Assembly (NCBI GenBank): GCA_963763585.1 | Contig: CAVXPR010000028.1 | Location: 15,203-79,202, forward strand | Length of the DNA stretch: 64,000 nucleotides | From: an uncultured Acidobacteriaceae bacterium | Lineage (GTDB): Bacteria > Acidobacteriota > Terriglobia > Terriglobales > Acidobacteriaceae | Direction of reading: 5' to 3' | Shown here: positions 1-11,400 of the stretch, piece by piece | Layout of the letters: every line of letters begins with the position of its first letter | How positions within the stretch are numbered: position 1 is the stretch's first letter | Position numbers and translations under genes: made by a program | Notes under the pieces: model-generated | The model's database searches: none | What the model was told of the DNA's origin: nothing | Seen by the model: only the letters and a program-made list of their open reading frames with translations

Positions 1-771
1 CCGGCCTAAACGAGACTGACGGCCACGACCAGATCAGCGGAGCCATGCTTGCCGTTCCCGGCCCTTTCGATCTTCTGGCCGGCGTGAGCCTGATGCGTCA
101 CAAGCTGCCCTACCTTTATGGCGTCGATCTTCGCCAGGCCCTCGCCGCGCGATTCGGCTTGCAGCCCGCGCAAGTGCGCTTTCTCAACGACGCCGACGCG
201 TATCTTCTCGGTGAAGTCGGCGCAGGAGCTGCACGCGGCTTCAGGCGCGCAATAGGTCTCACGCTGGGAACTGGAATTGGCTCGGCTTTCGCGATCGATG
301 GAAATCTCGTGACCGAAGGGCCCGGCGTGCCCAAAGGCGGCGAAATCTGGAACCTTCCTTATCGCGGCGGAATCGTCGAGGACTTTGTTTCCTCGCGAGC
401 CATCGTGGGAAATTACGAGCGTCGCACGGGCAAGAAGCGCGAAGTCGTTGACCTGGCAGCTGCCTCTCTTTCCGATCCGGCCGCAAAACAGGCCTTCGTC
501 GAGTTCGGCGACCATCTTGGAATAATCATCTGCACGCTGCTCGCCGATTTTCGCGCTGAAGTGATCGTACTCGGAGGCGGAATCTCTCGATCTGCCGAAT
601 CTCTTCCTGCCGGCAGTGCAAGCCCATATCGGCGACTCGCCGATCCAGCTGCGAGTCTCGGAGCTTAAGGACAAAGCCGCGCTCGTCGGCTGCGGAGTGG
701 CCGCCTTCCGCAAAGAAGATGGTCCGCCTGACGCCGGCAAATCGACGCCGATGCGCAGCGCCGCAGTCTAG
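1..771 (+). CDS. ROK family sugar kinase/regulator (5' partial; apparent +1 frameshift near 597)
   Basis: Motifs RFLNDADAYLLGE, GLTLGTGIGSAF and IVLGGGISRS. The typical ROK C-terminus (LRVSELKDKAALVG) continues in another frame from ~598 to TAG at 769-771. Confidence 0.8.
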
Positions 772-810
772 CTCTGCTCTTCTTCTCGCCGCGCTACTTC
801 TCAATCGTCA

Positions 811-3800
811 CTACTGCACAAACGTCACGATGCTCTGCGCCGGAAGCGTGTAATTGAACTGCCCGCCCGTAACGGTGACCGCGGTTTGCGCTGCCAGGCC
901 TGCGGCTGAGGTTGATTGATACGGCGTCAGCGATGTCACGCCGCTCCCGTTGTTCAGCACGAATCCCAAGCTCTCCGAAGTCGTATTGGCGTTGATCGCC
1001 ACAATCACATAGTGCACCGGCGAGCTATTGCTGTACGCCGAAATATACACGCCAGAGACGGGCGTCGCCGTCGCCGATCACCCGCACATATCCCGGCTGG
1101 ATGAACTTCGAGTACTGGCCCATCACATAGCCCATCGGCTGCACATTCCCCGCGTCGTCCACAAGTCCGCACGTGCCCGCGTTGGTTGCGCAAGTGCCGC
1201 TCGAGGCGCCGAAAAGTCCCCAATAGACATACGCGTTGTATTGCCCGGTCACCATCGAGTTGTGGATCGATTCACCATAGATCGTCATGGCCTGGGCCCA
1301 GGTGAGTGTCGTAGTGCTCAACGGACCGAACTCGGTCATCCAGATTTCCTTCGGGCTGTCTCCTGAAGGAATAGAGTAGGGTGCCGGCTGAGTCCCATAA
1401 AGGTGGCCGCCGATGATGCTGATGAGCCCTTGCGCATTCGTGTCGCCCAGAGCCGTTGCGGCATCGGTCGGGTTGAACGTATCCGACTCCGGCATAATGA
1501 GCTTCGTCGTGTACGGGTCCGACGTAATTATGGAGGCGTTGCCTGCTATCCACGTATCCATCTGCTGCGGAGTCCAAACAGAGGATTCGTAGGTAACGTT
1601 CTCCTCCGGCTCGTTCTGCATTGAGATGGCGTAGAGATGTTGAGGGCTATTCGTCGCGTTGAAGAAATGGACAAAGTCCTCAAGATAGTTGGCGTAGTCC
1701 GCATAGTGGTTTGGATCGAGATATCCGCCGCAGTAGCCGGCGCCTTCACCGCAAGTGGCGTTTAAGGACTCGTTATAGCTGGTGCCGCTAACGGTGGTTG
1801 TGGTGCCGTTGAGCTTCCACGCCGCTGGCGCTGTCCACGGCGATGCAAAGACGATGGCATTTGGATTGGCGGCGACGACCTCCGCGCCGTTTGCAGCTTC
1901 TTCCAGCCAGTTTCCGCCATCACTCGGGGAGCTGGTTTCCCACGGGTAGGGCGTGGAGGACGCCGAGCCGGTGGGATCGATGCGCACGCGCAGAATGCTG
2001 AGCCCGATGCCGCTCGTTTGGCTATAGAGGGCCGTGGCCACGGCTGACGGCATTTGTCCCAGAAACGCTGTCGAGCCGCCAAATCCGCGAATCGTTTGGT
2101 ATGTCGTCCCAAAGTCCACCGTCACCTGGTTCGGGCTCGCACCCGTTGTGAAGGTCCACACGTAATTTGCGGCCAGCGCAGCGCCGGCAGAGCTCGTTGC
2201 TCCCGTCGTGATCGTCGCCGTGTACGACGTGCTGTAAGCCAGCGATGCATTCGGCGTGAATGTCGCCGTTGAAGTGCCGGTGTTATAGCCCACCAGGCCC
2301 GAGACCGCGGTATTGCCCGGCCCAGTCAGCGTAAACGTCGACGCGGTAATCGTCGACGAGTTCATCGGTATGCTGAACGTCGCCGTCAGCGCGTTGCCCA
2401 CGTTCACGCCCGCAGCGCCGCTGATCGGAACGGTTGTCGTAACTGTAGGAACCGGCGCTGTCGTCGTCGTGAAGCTCCATGTAAAAGGCGCTGACAGCGC
2501 AACCCCGGTGGAGCTCATAATGCTCGTGCTAAGCGTCGCTGTGTACGTGGTGTTGTAGGCCAGATTAGCCGCCGGCGTGAACGTCGCAACCGAAGATCCG
2601 GAGTTGTAGGCAACTGTGCCTTGTATAGATGTGTTCCCTGGCCCAGTCAAGGTAAAGCTCGAGGCAGTGATCGTCGACGAATTCATCGCCTGATTGAAAG
2701 TCGCGGTCAAGGAGGCTGTGATGGCCGCAGTTGTACTCAAACTTGCTGGCGTCACCGCAGTCACCGCCAGCGGAGGCGCTGTTGCGGTCGTGAAGGACCA
2801 CGAGTAATTCGCGGCCAGCGCGCCCCCTAAATAGCTTTGTACGCCGGTTGTGAGGGTCGCCGTGTAGTTCGTGTTATAGGCCAACGGCGAAATCGGTGTA
2901 AGCACTGCTGTAAAACTGTTGTCGTAGTAACCGACGTTCGCTGCCACGGCCGATCCTCCGCCTTGAGGCGTCAGCGTGAATGTCGAACCGGAGATTGTTG
3001 GCGCACTCATTGAAGCGTTAAAAGTTGCAAGAATGTTCGAATTTACTGACACGCCAGTAGCTCCGTTCGCCGGCGTGACTGAGGTAACGATCGGCGGCGG
3101 ACCGACGGCGGTCGTAAAAGTCCAGGAGTAAGCTGAGGCGAGGCTGACCCCGCCGGCGGACATGACGGACGTGTCTACCGTTGCCGTATAGGTTGTGTCG
3201 TTGATAAGCGGCGCACTCGGCGTGAGGGTTGCGGTGTTGGTACCGGACGAATAACTTACGGTCGCCGTCACAGGCACCCCACCCAGTGGAGTCAGGGAAA
3301 TCGTCGAAGGGTTAGTCGTCGACGCATTCATCGCCTCGCTGAACGTTGCCGTAACAGCCGTTGTGATGGCAATGCCCGTGCTCGCATTCGCTGGCGTAAC
3401 GGCTGTCACAGTCGGAGCGGGTGGTGGAGCAACCGCCGCCGTTGTAAATGACCAGGTGTAATTCGAAGCCAGCGCCGTTCCCGCGGTGCTTTGCACTCCC
3501 GTTGTCAGTGTCGCAGTGTACATCGTGCTATAGGCCAGCGGAGCGCTCGGCGTGAGCGTCGCACTGAGACCACCTGCGCCCGCAACGACAGTTCCTGCAA
3601 CCGCGCCTCCGCCCTGCGCCGCCAATGTGAAAGTTGATGCGGAGATGGTCGACGCGCTCGCACCAATGTTGAAGTTGGCCGTAACGGTGGACGTAATTGC
3701 AACCCCCGTGGCCCCACTTGTGGGCGTGACCGAGCTGACCGAAATCGCGGTCGTTGGGCAGTTACTGGTACAACCGCCACCACCACCGCTGCCGCCGCCG

Positions 3801-3856
3801 CACCCAGAAATCACCAGAGCCGCAGCCACCAGCCACCAAGCCGCACGAATCCGCAT
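811..3856 (-). CDS. Lipoprotein: 5x SbsA/Big_5-like Ig domains + GH30 (glucuronoxylanase-like, subfamily 8 resemblance); frameshift near 1080
   Basis: Start MRIRAAWWLVAAALVISGC (lipobox) at 3856 with GAGGAG RBS. Five ~103-aa repeats ending WSFTT/WTFTT. GH30 motifs GFGGS, ASPWTAP, AISMQNEP (acid/base), WMTE (nucleophile) and SKFIQPGYVR. The C-terminal beta-sandwich (VYISAY..VIVAIN..LPAQSIVTFVQ) is in ORF 811..1050. Confidence 0.85.
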
Positions 3857-3954
3857 AATCAACTTCTCCTCAGGATCATTTAGACGCTGGCTCGCCCAGA
3901 TTTCAGTTCGCTCTATCTCAGGCAAAACCAGGCTTGCTGCCAATCGCTTGCGAG

Positions 3955-3968
3955 TGGAATCGGTTTCT
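3955..3968. promoter_or_regulatory. LacI-type operator-like site TGGAATCGGTTTCT upstream of the GH30 gene
   Basis: Imperfect palindrome with central CG, ~100 bp upstream of the start. Similar 14-mers at 17163, 21522 and 21750. Confidence 0.4.
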
Positions 3969-4128
3969 GACGCGAGCCCCGAACCGTCAGTCGGCACCGT
4001 CAGTCGGCGCTCTACAGCACTTCACGGGCGCGTATATCAAGGCGCTGAACGGGTAGTGTCTTCCGCAGCCCACCCATACTAAATCAATTTACTTTGCCGC
4101 GCAACGCCGGGATAAACGTCGCCACAGA

Positions 4129-4160
4129 CAACATTGCGCCGCTTGCGCGGCGCAATGTTG
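4129..4160. terminator. Perfect 14-bp stem-loop downstream of the 4189 stop (terminator or mRNA-stabilising hairpin)
   Basis: CAACATTGCGCCGC-TTGC-GCGGCGCAATGTTG; no clear U-tract on the minus strand. Confidence 0.55.
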
Positions 4161-4188
4161 GTGATCCTCGCTTCTCGTTTATTCAGTG

Positions 4189-7100
4189 CTATTGCACCTT
4201 CACGTTGACATAAAACGGTATCGAGACCTGGTTTTGAGTTCCATAGACCTTGATGCCGTTATTGTTTGCCGATCCGCTTCCAGGAACGATGCAATTATCG
4301 CCTGCGCCGCCCGGTTCGGAGACGCACAACGCACCCACTTCATCCGCTGTGATCGTCACCGCATAGGTTCCTGAAGGCGTAGTCAGCGCGGCTTCGGGGG
4401 TCAAAGTTGTCGTGTTGCACGCTGTAACACTGATCGCCAGCGCGCCTCCGACAACCATCAGCAGCACCATCAGCATCAGCCGGCCTTTTTCAAACGTCTT
4501 GCGCCGGAAGAATAGCCCCATCATTCCCAAGCCAAAGATTGCCGCCAGCGTGACGGAGGTAGCGCGAGCATTTTGGCTTGTGGTGGTGCCCGCCGTTACG
4601 TCGGTGTAGAAAGTCACGGTCACCTGTCCCGGCGTGCATGAGACTGAGCCGTTTGCTATCTGCGTCGTCGTTGCGCCAGTGGGGCATGGAATATCCACGG
4701 CGTTTGGCACAACCGGATCCGGGTTGGGATAGCTGAACGAACATTGTGTATGTGGCGGCAGATTGTCGCAGGTCAGTGAGACCGGGAAGTTTGTAGCGTT
4801 TAGCTGCGAGTTCAGTCCCGAAATCCCATAACCAAGAATCGAAGTGAGAGTCAGATTCATGCTTGCCGAGGATCCGCCCTGCACCGTCACCGACGGAGCA
4901 ACTGTCAGTGACGCCGCATTACCGGTTTGGGTAATTTGCAGCATCGGTCCGCGCACAGACTGCAGCACCTGTGGAGTCGCCCCGGTAAGGCCGAGGAAGT
5001 TTTGATCGCCGCTGTACACCGGGTAGATGGAGTGCGTGAACAGCACTGGCGAATAACTGATGCCCTGAGGCACATACCACAAGCAGCTCGTCGGGAACGC
5101 TGCCTGCGCGCCTGTCGCTGTACCGGCGTTCTCAATGGTCAGCACTCCGGCGCCGGACGATGTCGGACATGCAACGCCCGAGTATCCGCCTGGGCTCGCG
5201 TATCCGGCCAGAACGCAGCTTGCCGCGCCGATTCCCGCTGTCGACGTTCCCGCTGGGCATGTAGTCGAGTTGTCCATCACTGTAATCGACCCTGTTGGAA
5301 CGCCCGCGGCGGTGCCCACTTTCATGATGTAGCTGTATTGGAACGGCGTCTCCGATCCGTCGTACGGAACAGTGCCGCTGCCAGTCCCCGCTGGAACAAA
5401 AGGCAAGTTGATGTCCGTCGGATCAGGGAACGTGGGTGTTTTGATCCCCGTAATCGCGGACTTCGCCACGGTAACTGACAGCGTTCCCGTCGAACGGCCA
5501 TAGACCCGATCGCCGCTGTAGGCCACGGTCATCGTCTGCGTCCCAGCCAATACTGGCGACAGAGTGAAACTGGCGGTACCACCAGCCAGGCTCGATGTTG
5601 CCGTCGCAGTTTGCGGAGTAATGGTCGGAATGCCCGCGTTCGCTCCCGAGCTCGGGATGATCACGATCCAGGTGGTGTAGCTCACCGTAACCGTACCCGT
5701 AGGCGCAATTCCAGCGCCGGCCTTCGGCGCCACCGTAATTGTCAGTGGCGTGTTGATTACCTGTGCCGCACTGGATCCTCCAGCAACGGTGGTAGCGGAG
5801 TTGGTTAGCGCCTGTGCGACGCCAGTGGCGTCAATAACGATTGGAATATTCACGGCATTGCCCGTGATTCCGATGGTGCTGGTTAGCGTCCCTTGCTCTC
5901 CAGCTCCTGGATCGAACGTCACGTTCACCGTGCATGTGGCGCCCGCCGCCACTGGGCTGCCGGCCTCGCAGCCGCCAGTCGCCGTATCGGCAGCTGAGTA
6001 GTCCACCGAATTGCTGCTGGTATAGCCGCTGATTGTCAGCGTGGAATTTCCAGTGTTAGTGATCGTCGCAACCGCATTTGTGGAACCCGTTAGCGTAGCG
6101 GGAGTGGACAGAGTAAGCGTCCCCGCGGTGCCCACCAGGGTGACGGCGCCGCCAGCCGCCTGAACCAGATAAATATTGTTTGTGCGATCAAGAGCGACCG
6201 ACGAAGTACCGGCTACGTTGGAGGCGACCGCGGTCTCCCCGGCGGGATTCAATGCGCCGCCTACCCACGGAACGCGCGTGGTCCCGCTGGCCGACGAAAT
6301 ATAGATCGCGCCGGAGGGATCGACAGCTAAACCGGTTGCGCCGCTCAGATTGTTCAATAGCGTGACTGGAGTCCCCAGGCCGCCAACAAGCTCGAAAAGA
6401 TTCACGCCGTCGATGACGAAGACATTTCCTGAAGCATCCGTAGCCACAGCCGAGGGCGCTGTAAAGCCGGTGGTCAGCAAGGTTTGCGCCTGTCCCAGGT
6501 TTGATGCCGTCGAGGCACCGATACCGCTAAGCTTGACGACCCGCCCATTGGTCGGATCGCTGATATACAAATGGTCCAACCCATCCGCCGCCAATTGCAG
6601 GTCCAGTTGTCCCCAGGCCACTCACCAGAGTTACCTGGCCCGCCACATTCAGGCCGGTTGTGCCGAAGGGAACTTCGTACACGCTGCCCGTGCTGCTGTC
6701 GGCGATAAAGACATCACCCGCGCCATCCACTGCGACGCCCGTAGGCATCGTCAATCCCGTACCGATGGAAACAGCCTTGGATGTGACTGTGGAACCGGGT
6801 GCATACTGGAGAACTTTGCCCTGTCCCGGATCGGCGATGTAGACATTGCCCAGTGCGTCGGTCGCCACTTGAAAAGGCGTCATCAAGCCCGAGCCGAACG
6901 TCGACTGCAGCCCGGGACTTGCCTGGATATTTGCGCCCGTTCCGATGCCGTGCAGCACCATAGACGCCAAAATATTGCCCTTCGCGTCGAGCATCTCCAG
7001 CTTGGCCGAGATATTTCCCACGGAAGTTGGGGTGAAGGACAAATTCTGCAGGCAACTCTTGCCGCTCGCATACGCCACTCCAGTGGTGCAGGTCCCTCCG

Positions 7101-8344
7101 GTGATTGCGAAGTCCACGGCATGCACACCATCTTCGACGATGACGAAATTTGCGGGCGTCGCCGCGCCGTTAAAGCCGAAGACAACATTCGAGCCGGCCG
7201 CCGCTGTCGTGCCCACAGTCGAAGAGCCGAACTCGGCATAACCAAATCCGACCTTGGCCACATCCGCCTGGCCGTTGGTTTGCGACTGGTTGGTAGGAAC
7301 ATACATCACATTGCGTGCGGAATCGATGGCCACCTGGCCCCCGGCAGGCACGCCCGAAAGCAGGATCGCTGAAGAGGTCTGCGGAGTACCGGCTGGATTC
7401 GGCACCTCGACTACGCCGGTTTGCAAATCGCTGATGTACAAGTTGCCGGCGGCATCGGTGATGACGCCCTTCACAGCAGGCAGCATCGGATCCACGCGCG
7501 GAAGAGTTGCGTCCGATGTATATGGAGTGGTTGCGCTCGCCGGGATTTCAAGTACGCCGGGGAGTCCTCCCGAATCCTCGACAAAGAAAATATTATTCTC
7601 CGGGTCCACCGCAACGGCAATCGCCCGCGCGGACAATCCCTGGGCCGGCACAGCAGTCCAATCGCCGTGTACTGGAGCAGACCATGCGCCCGTGACGGAC
7701 AGATCCATTACAGCTGCGCCGAGCGAGCCGCCTTGCTCGCCGACGATCAAGTCGCTGTTGTTGCCGATGGTAACGGCCCACGGCTGAAAGTAGCCGATAC
7801 CATTGCCCGATAGATCGGTGACGCCGTATTGCGCGAAAGCTTCGGGTTCGTTGTTCGATCCAGAGTTGGTGCACATCGTCGTCGTCGGGTTACTTGGCGA
7901 CAGGTCGTTTGGCCCTCCATCGTTGAGGCCAGTCCAGGTTTTCGTCGTCGCGTTCCACGGGAACAACAACAGGCAGTTGTTCCAGTTGGCGCTCAAATAC
8001 AGATTGTTGCCGGGATCGATGGCGATGACGGGGTTTTGGTAACCGCCACCGAGGCTCGCTGATGGCGACGTGGAACCGAGCACGATCGCCGCTCCTCCGC
8101 CCACTGGGAACTCGTACAGCCCTCCGTTGGCATAGTCCACCACAAACCAGTCTCCGGCCTGATCGATTGCCGAGTCCTCAATGGTCCCCCACCCAGTGGG
8201 GTGACTCAAGCCGGCCGCTGAACTGGCCGTCACCAGCGGCGTCCCTTGGCCGGTCGCCAGGCCAGTCAGGCACATGCTGATCAACATCAGCGTAAACGCA
8301 TAGCCGGCAAACCGGCGCAGTGTGGTGAACGATGTGGTGGCCAT
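4189..8344 (-). CDS. Giant secreted NHL-repeat/Ig-like protein A (~1385 aa) with C-terminal TM-hairpin/lipobox module; frameshift near 6610
   Basis: Signal peptide MATTSFTTLRRFAGYAFTLMLISMCLTGLATG with GGAGG RBS. NHL-like repeats (VAVDGAGDVFIAD, VATDALGNVYIAD), ASH/choice-of-anchor-D-like and Big_3-like domains. ORFs 6527..8449 and 4189..6621 join, by comparison with paralog B (SGLG...LxLAxD). Confidence 0.8.
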
Positions 8345-8491
8345 TGCATTCCTCCAAAAAACAACTCGTAGCAACCTTCCGCGTCGGTTCAACTCCGCTC
8401 GCGAATCGAGGCTTGCCTTCTCTTTCATCTCTCCGGGAGTCGCCTCCAACTCCCGGAAAGCATCATTGATTCCAGCCAGTTTCTTCTACCT

Positions 8492-11400
8492 TTACTGAAC
8501 GTTGACCGGCAACGTAAACATCGGGTTCGTCAGAGAGTTCTGAATCAGCGCTTCTGGATCGTAGGTGATAATTTGCACGTTATAACTTCCCGCAGGCGTC
8601 GCCACCTTTGGTGCTGGGGGCGGCGTTGAGTACCCGGCGTTGGTGCAAGCCGTCAGGCCCATGAACAAGCCGGAAAGCATCATCACAACGCAAATTGCAG
8701 CCATTGAACGGTAAAGTTTCTTGCGCCCGGCGATTAACCCAAACAGACCCAGCCCGAACATTCCAGCCAGCGCCCAGGGCGATTGCCGCGCGATCGAAGC
8801 CGTCGAGCCGCCGTTGACCGCTACGTTCGTACTGATGGTCATCACGATGGTTGACGGAACCGGGCCGCTTGCGCCCACGGCCTCTGTGCCCGTGCTCGGA
8901 TTGGCGTAATTGAATGTGCACTCGGAGTACTGAGGCAACGTGGATGCCGGGCTGGTTGTCGCCAGATGAATCGGCGCATCCGATGAGTTGCACTCCAGGC
9001 TCACGTTCTCACTGAAGCCCACCAGCGGCATCAGCGTCAGAGTCACTTGAACTGGCGTCCCGGGCGTGACGGTTGTCGACCCTCCCGACACTGTGATCTG
9101 AACGCTTGGGTTGATTACATAGAAGGTTGCCACCGAAAGTGTCACGGGAGCGTAGTTCACGTCGCCGCTATATACCGCCGACAGATTGTAGACACCCAGC
9201 CCGAGATTCTGCAGCAGGAAGGTCGCAACCCCATTGCCGTTCGGCGCAATAGAACCGCCAACACCCTGAGTTGGATCGGCGGGCTGTCCATTCTGCTCAA
9301 AGGTTACGGTGCCCGAGGGCGTTCCCACCGACGAGCTGATAATCGCCGAAACGTAGACTGGCTTTGTCCAGTACACGTAGGTATTTCCAGCCCACACAGT
9401 CACCAGTCCAGGATTAGCGGCGCAAGTTCCTGACGCGGCCCCGCCCGTCAATGTCGTGTAGTTCAGGCATTGGCTGTTCGTCACCGGCACGCCGAGCGTA
9501 ATTGTCGGAAGCGCCCGTGCGATTGTGAATGTGCCCTTCGCGGCAGCACCTGAGAAACACGGAGTAGCCGTGGCGCATGTGTTCTGCGTGGCGCCTGCCG
9601 TGCCGGCGCCGCTATAGTCTGCGTTGATCGTGTAGGTCCCACCAAGCAGCCCGGTGTAACTAAATGTGGCCACGCCTGCGCTGTTCAGCGTTTGCGTCTG
9701 CTTTGGCTGATTGCCTGTGGTGCTTCCTACTGAAAGCGACACGGTCCCCGTTGGCGTACCAAAGCCCTGACCGGCGGTTACGGTCACTTGGATCGTATTG
9801 CATCCGGGAAAAGTCGCGCCCGCGCATCCTGTCATAGTGACCGGGGTGACCGCGATCGTAGCCGCGGCCGCTGGCCGAAGATCCTGGATTACATTTCCCG
9901 ACACCGCGATACTTACTCCCGATGTTGCATTCACCGCATTGGTGATCACCGCGATAGACGCGTTCGTCTGGCCCGCGGCCGGAGCTTGCAGCACCATGCC
10001 GAGATAGCAGGAGCCGCCCGGCGGAGTGCTCGTGGTCGAGCTGCATCCCGGCGAGTTTTGCGTCGCAGGCGCCACCGTGAAATCGGCGGCGTCGGCCCCG
10101 GAGACGAGATCGATCGTTGGGTCGTCGGAAACCGTCAGCGGCTGATTTCCAAGATTCAGAATCTGCGCGTCCACTTCAGTGGGAACGTTTGGATTGATCT
10201 CCGTAACATCGCTGAAGTTGTACGTGCCGCCTATGCCGAGCTGTGACAGGCCCGCGGTCGACCCGGAGCCATAAGATGCATAGGCATTCTGGGTGCCATC
10301 AAGCGCTACGCCCCACGGTATGGCGGGGCCGCTGCCCAAGCCGCTGGTCAACAAAATCTGGCTGTTGATATTGAGCGCGCCCGTGGTCGTGCTGTATGGA
10401 ATCCAAACCAGTCCATTGGCTTCCGCCGCAAAGACTGAACCCGACGGATCCACGGCCAAACCGGTGATCGGCGCCTGGAGTCCGCTCGCTACCTTCGTCG
10501 AGCCTCCAAAGGGCAACGTTATCTCCCACAGGTTCGACCCATCCGCCACCCACACATTACCTGAAGTGTCAGTAGCAATCGCCGACGGGCCCGCGAAACC
10601 CGATCCCAGCACGATCGGCGGATAGCTTTGCGCCAGCAGCTGCGTCTGCGGATTCGGTATCTCGACGACCTGCTTCTTGGCCTCATCGGCTACAAAAACA
10701 TCTCCTTCGTTATCGGTGGCAAGATTCAGATTGCCGGCGCCCAAGCCCGAAGCGATTTTTGTCTGCTGCCCCGTGGCCAGCGCGCCGTTAACAAACGGAA
10801 TCGCGTAGACATTGCCGGAGTCTCCGATATAGAGATTGCCGACGCCATCAACAGCCACGCCTGTCGGCGCCGATAGGCCGCTGCCCACCACTTTGCCCGA
10901 TGCCGGGCTGGTAGTGCCGGCTGGATATTTCTCGATGGCCTTCAGCGCAGAATCGGCGACATACGTGTTCCCGTAAAGATCGGACGCCACTTGCTTCGGA
11001 TCGTTCAGCCCGGAAGCAATCGATTCAACCGTCGCCGATGAAACCACTGAAACTGCCGAGCCCTGCCCGACACCGCCCAGGTAAGCATTGCTCCCTGCGA
11101 TGACGTCGTTGCTCGAGTCGAGCAGCTGCACTTCGCCCTCAACGGAGCCGGCCTTGTTGGTGTTCAATTGCACGTAGTACGGGCACCAGCTATATGCGCT
11201 CGTTGTCGTCATATTGGCGCTGAATGCCGGATATGAGGTGCCGGCAGTGCAAGGCTGCACTGGATTTGTCGGCGGCGGGTTATCCAGCAAAGGATTGTTC
11301 GCCACGGTCAGGAAATTTGTATTGCTCGGCGCCGCCAGTGAAATAGTCGACGGCGTGGTCGGCTTGTTGAACATGTAGTAGAGGGCTTGCGTTTGATTGA

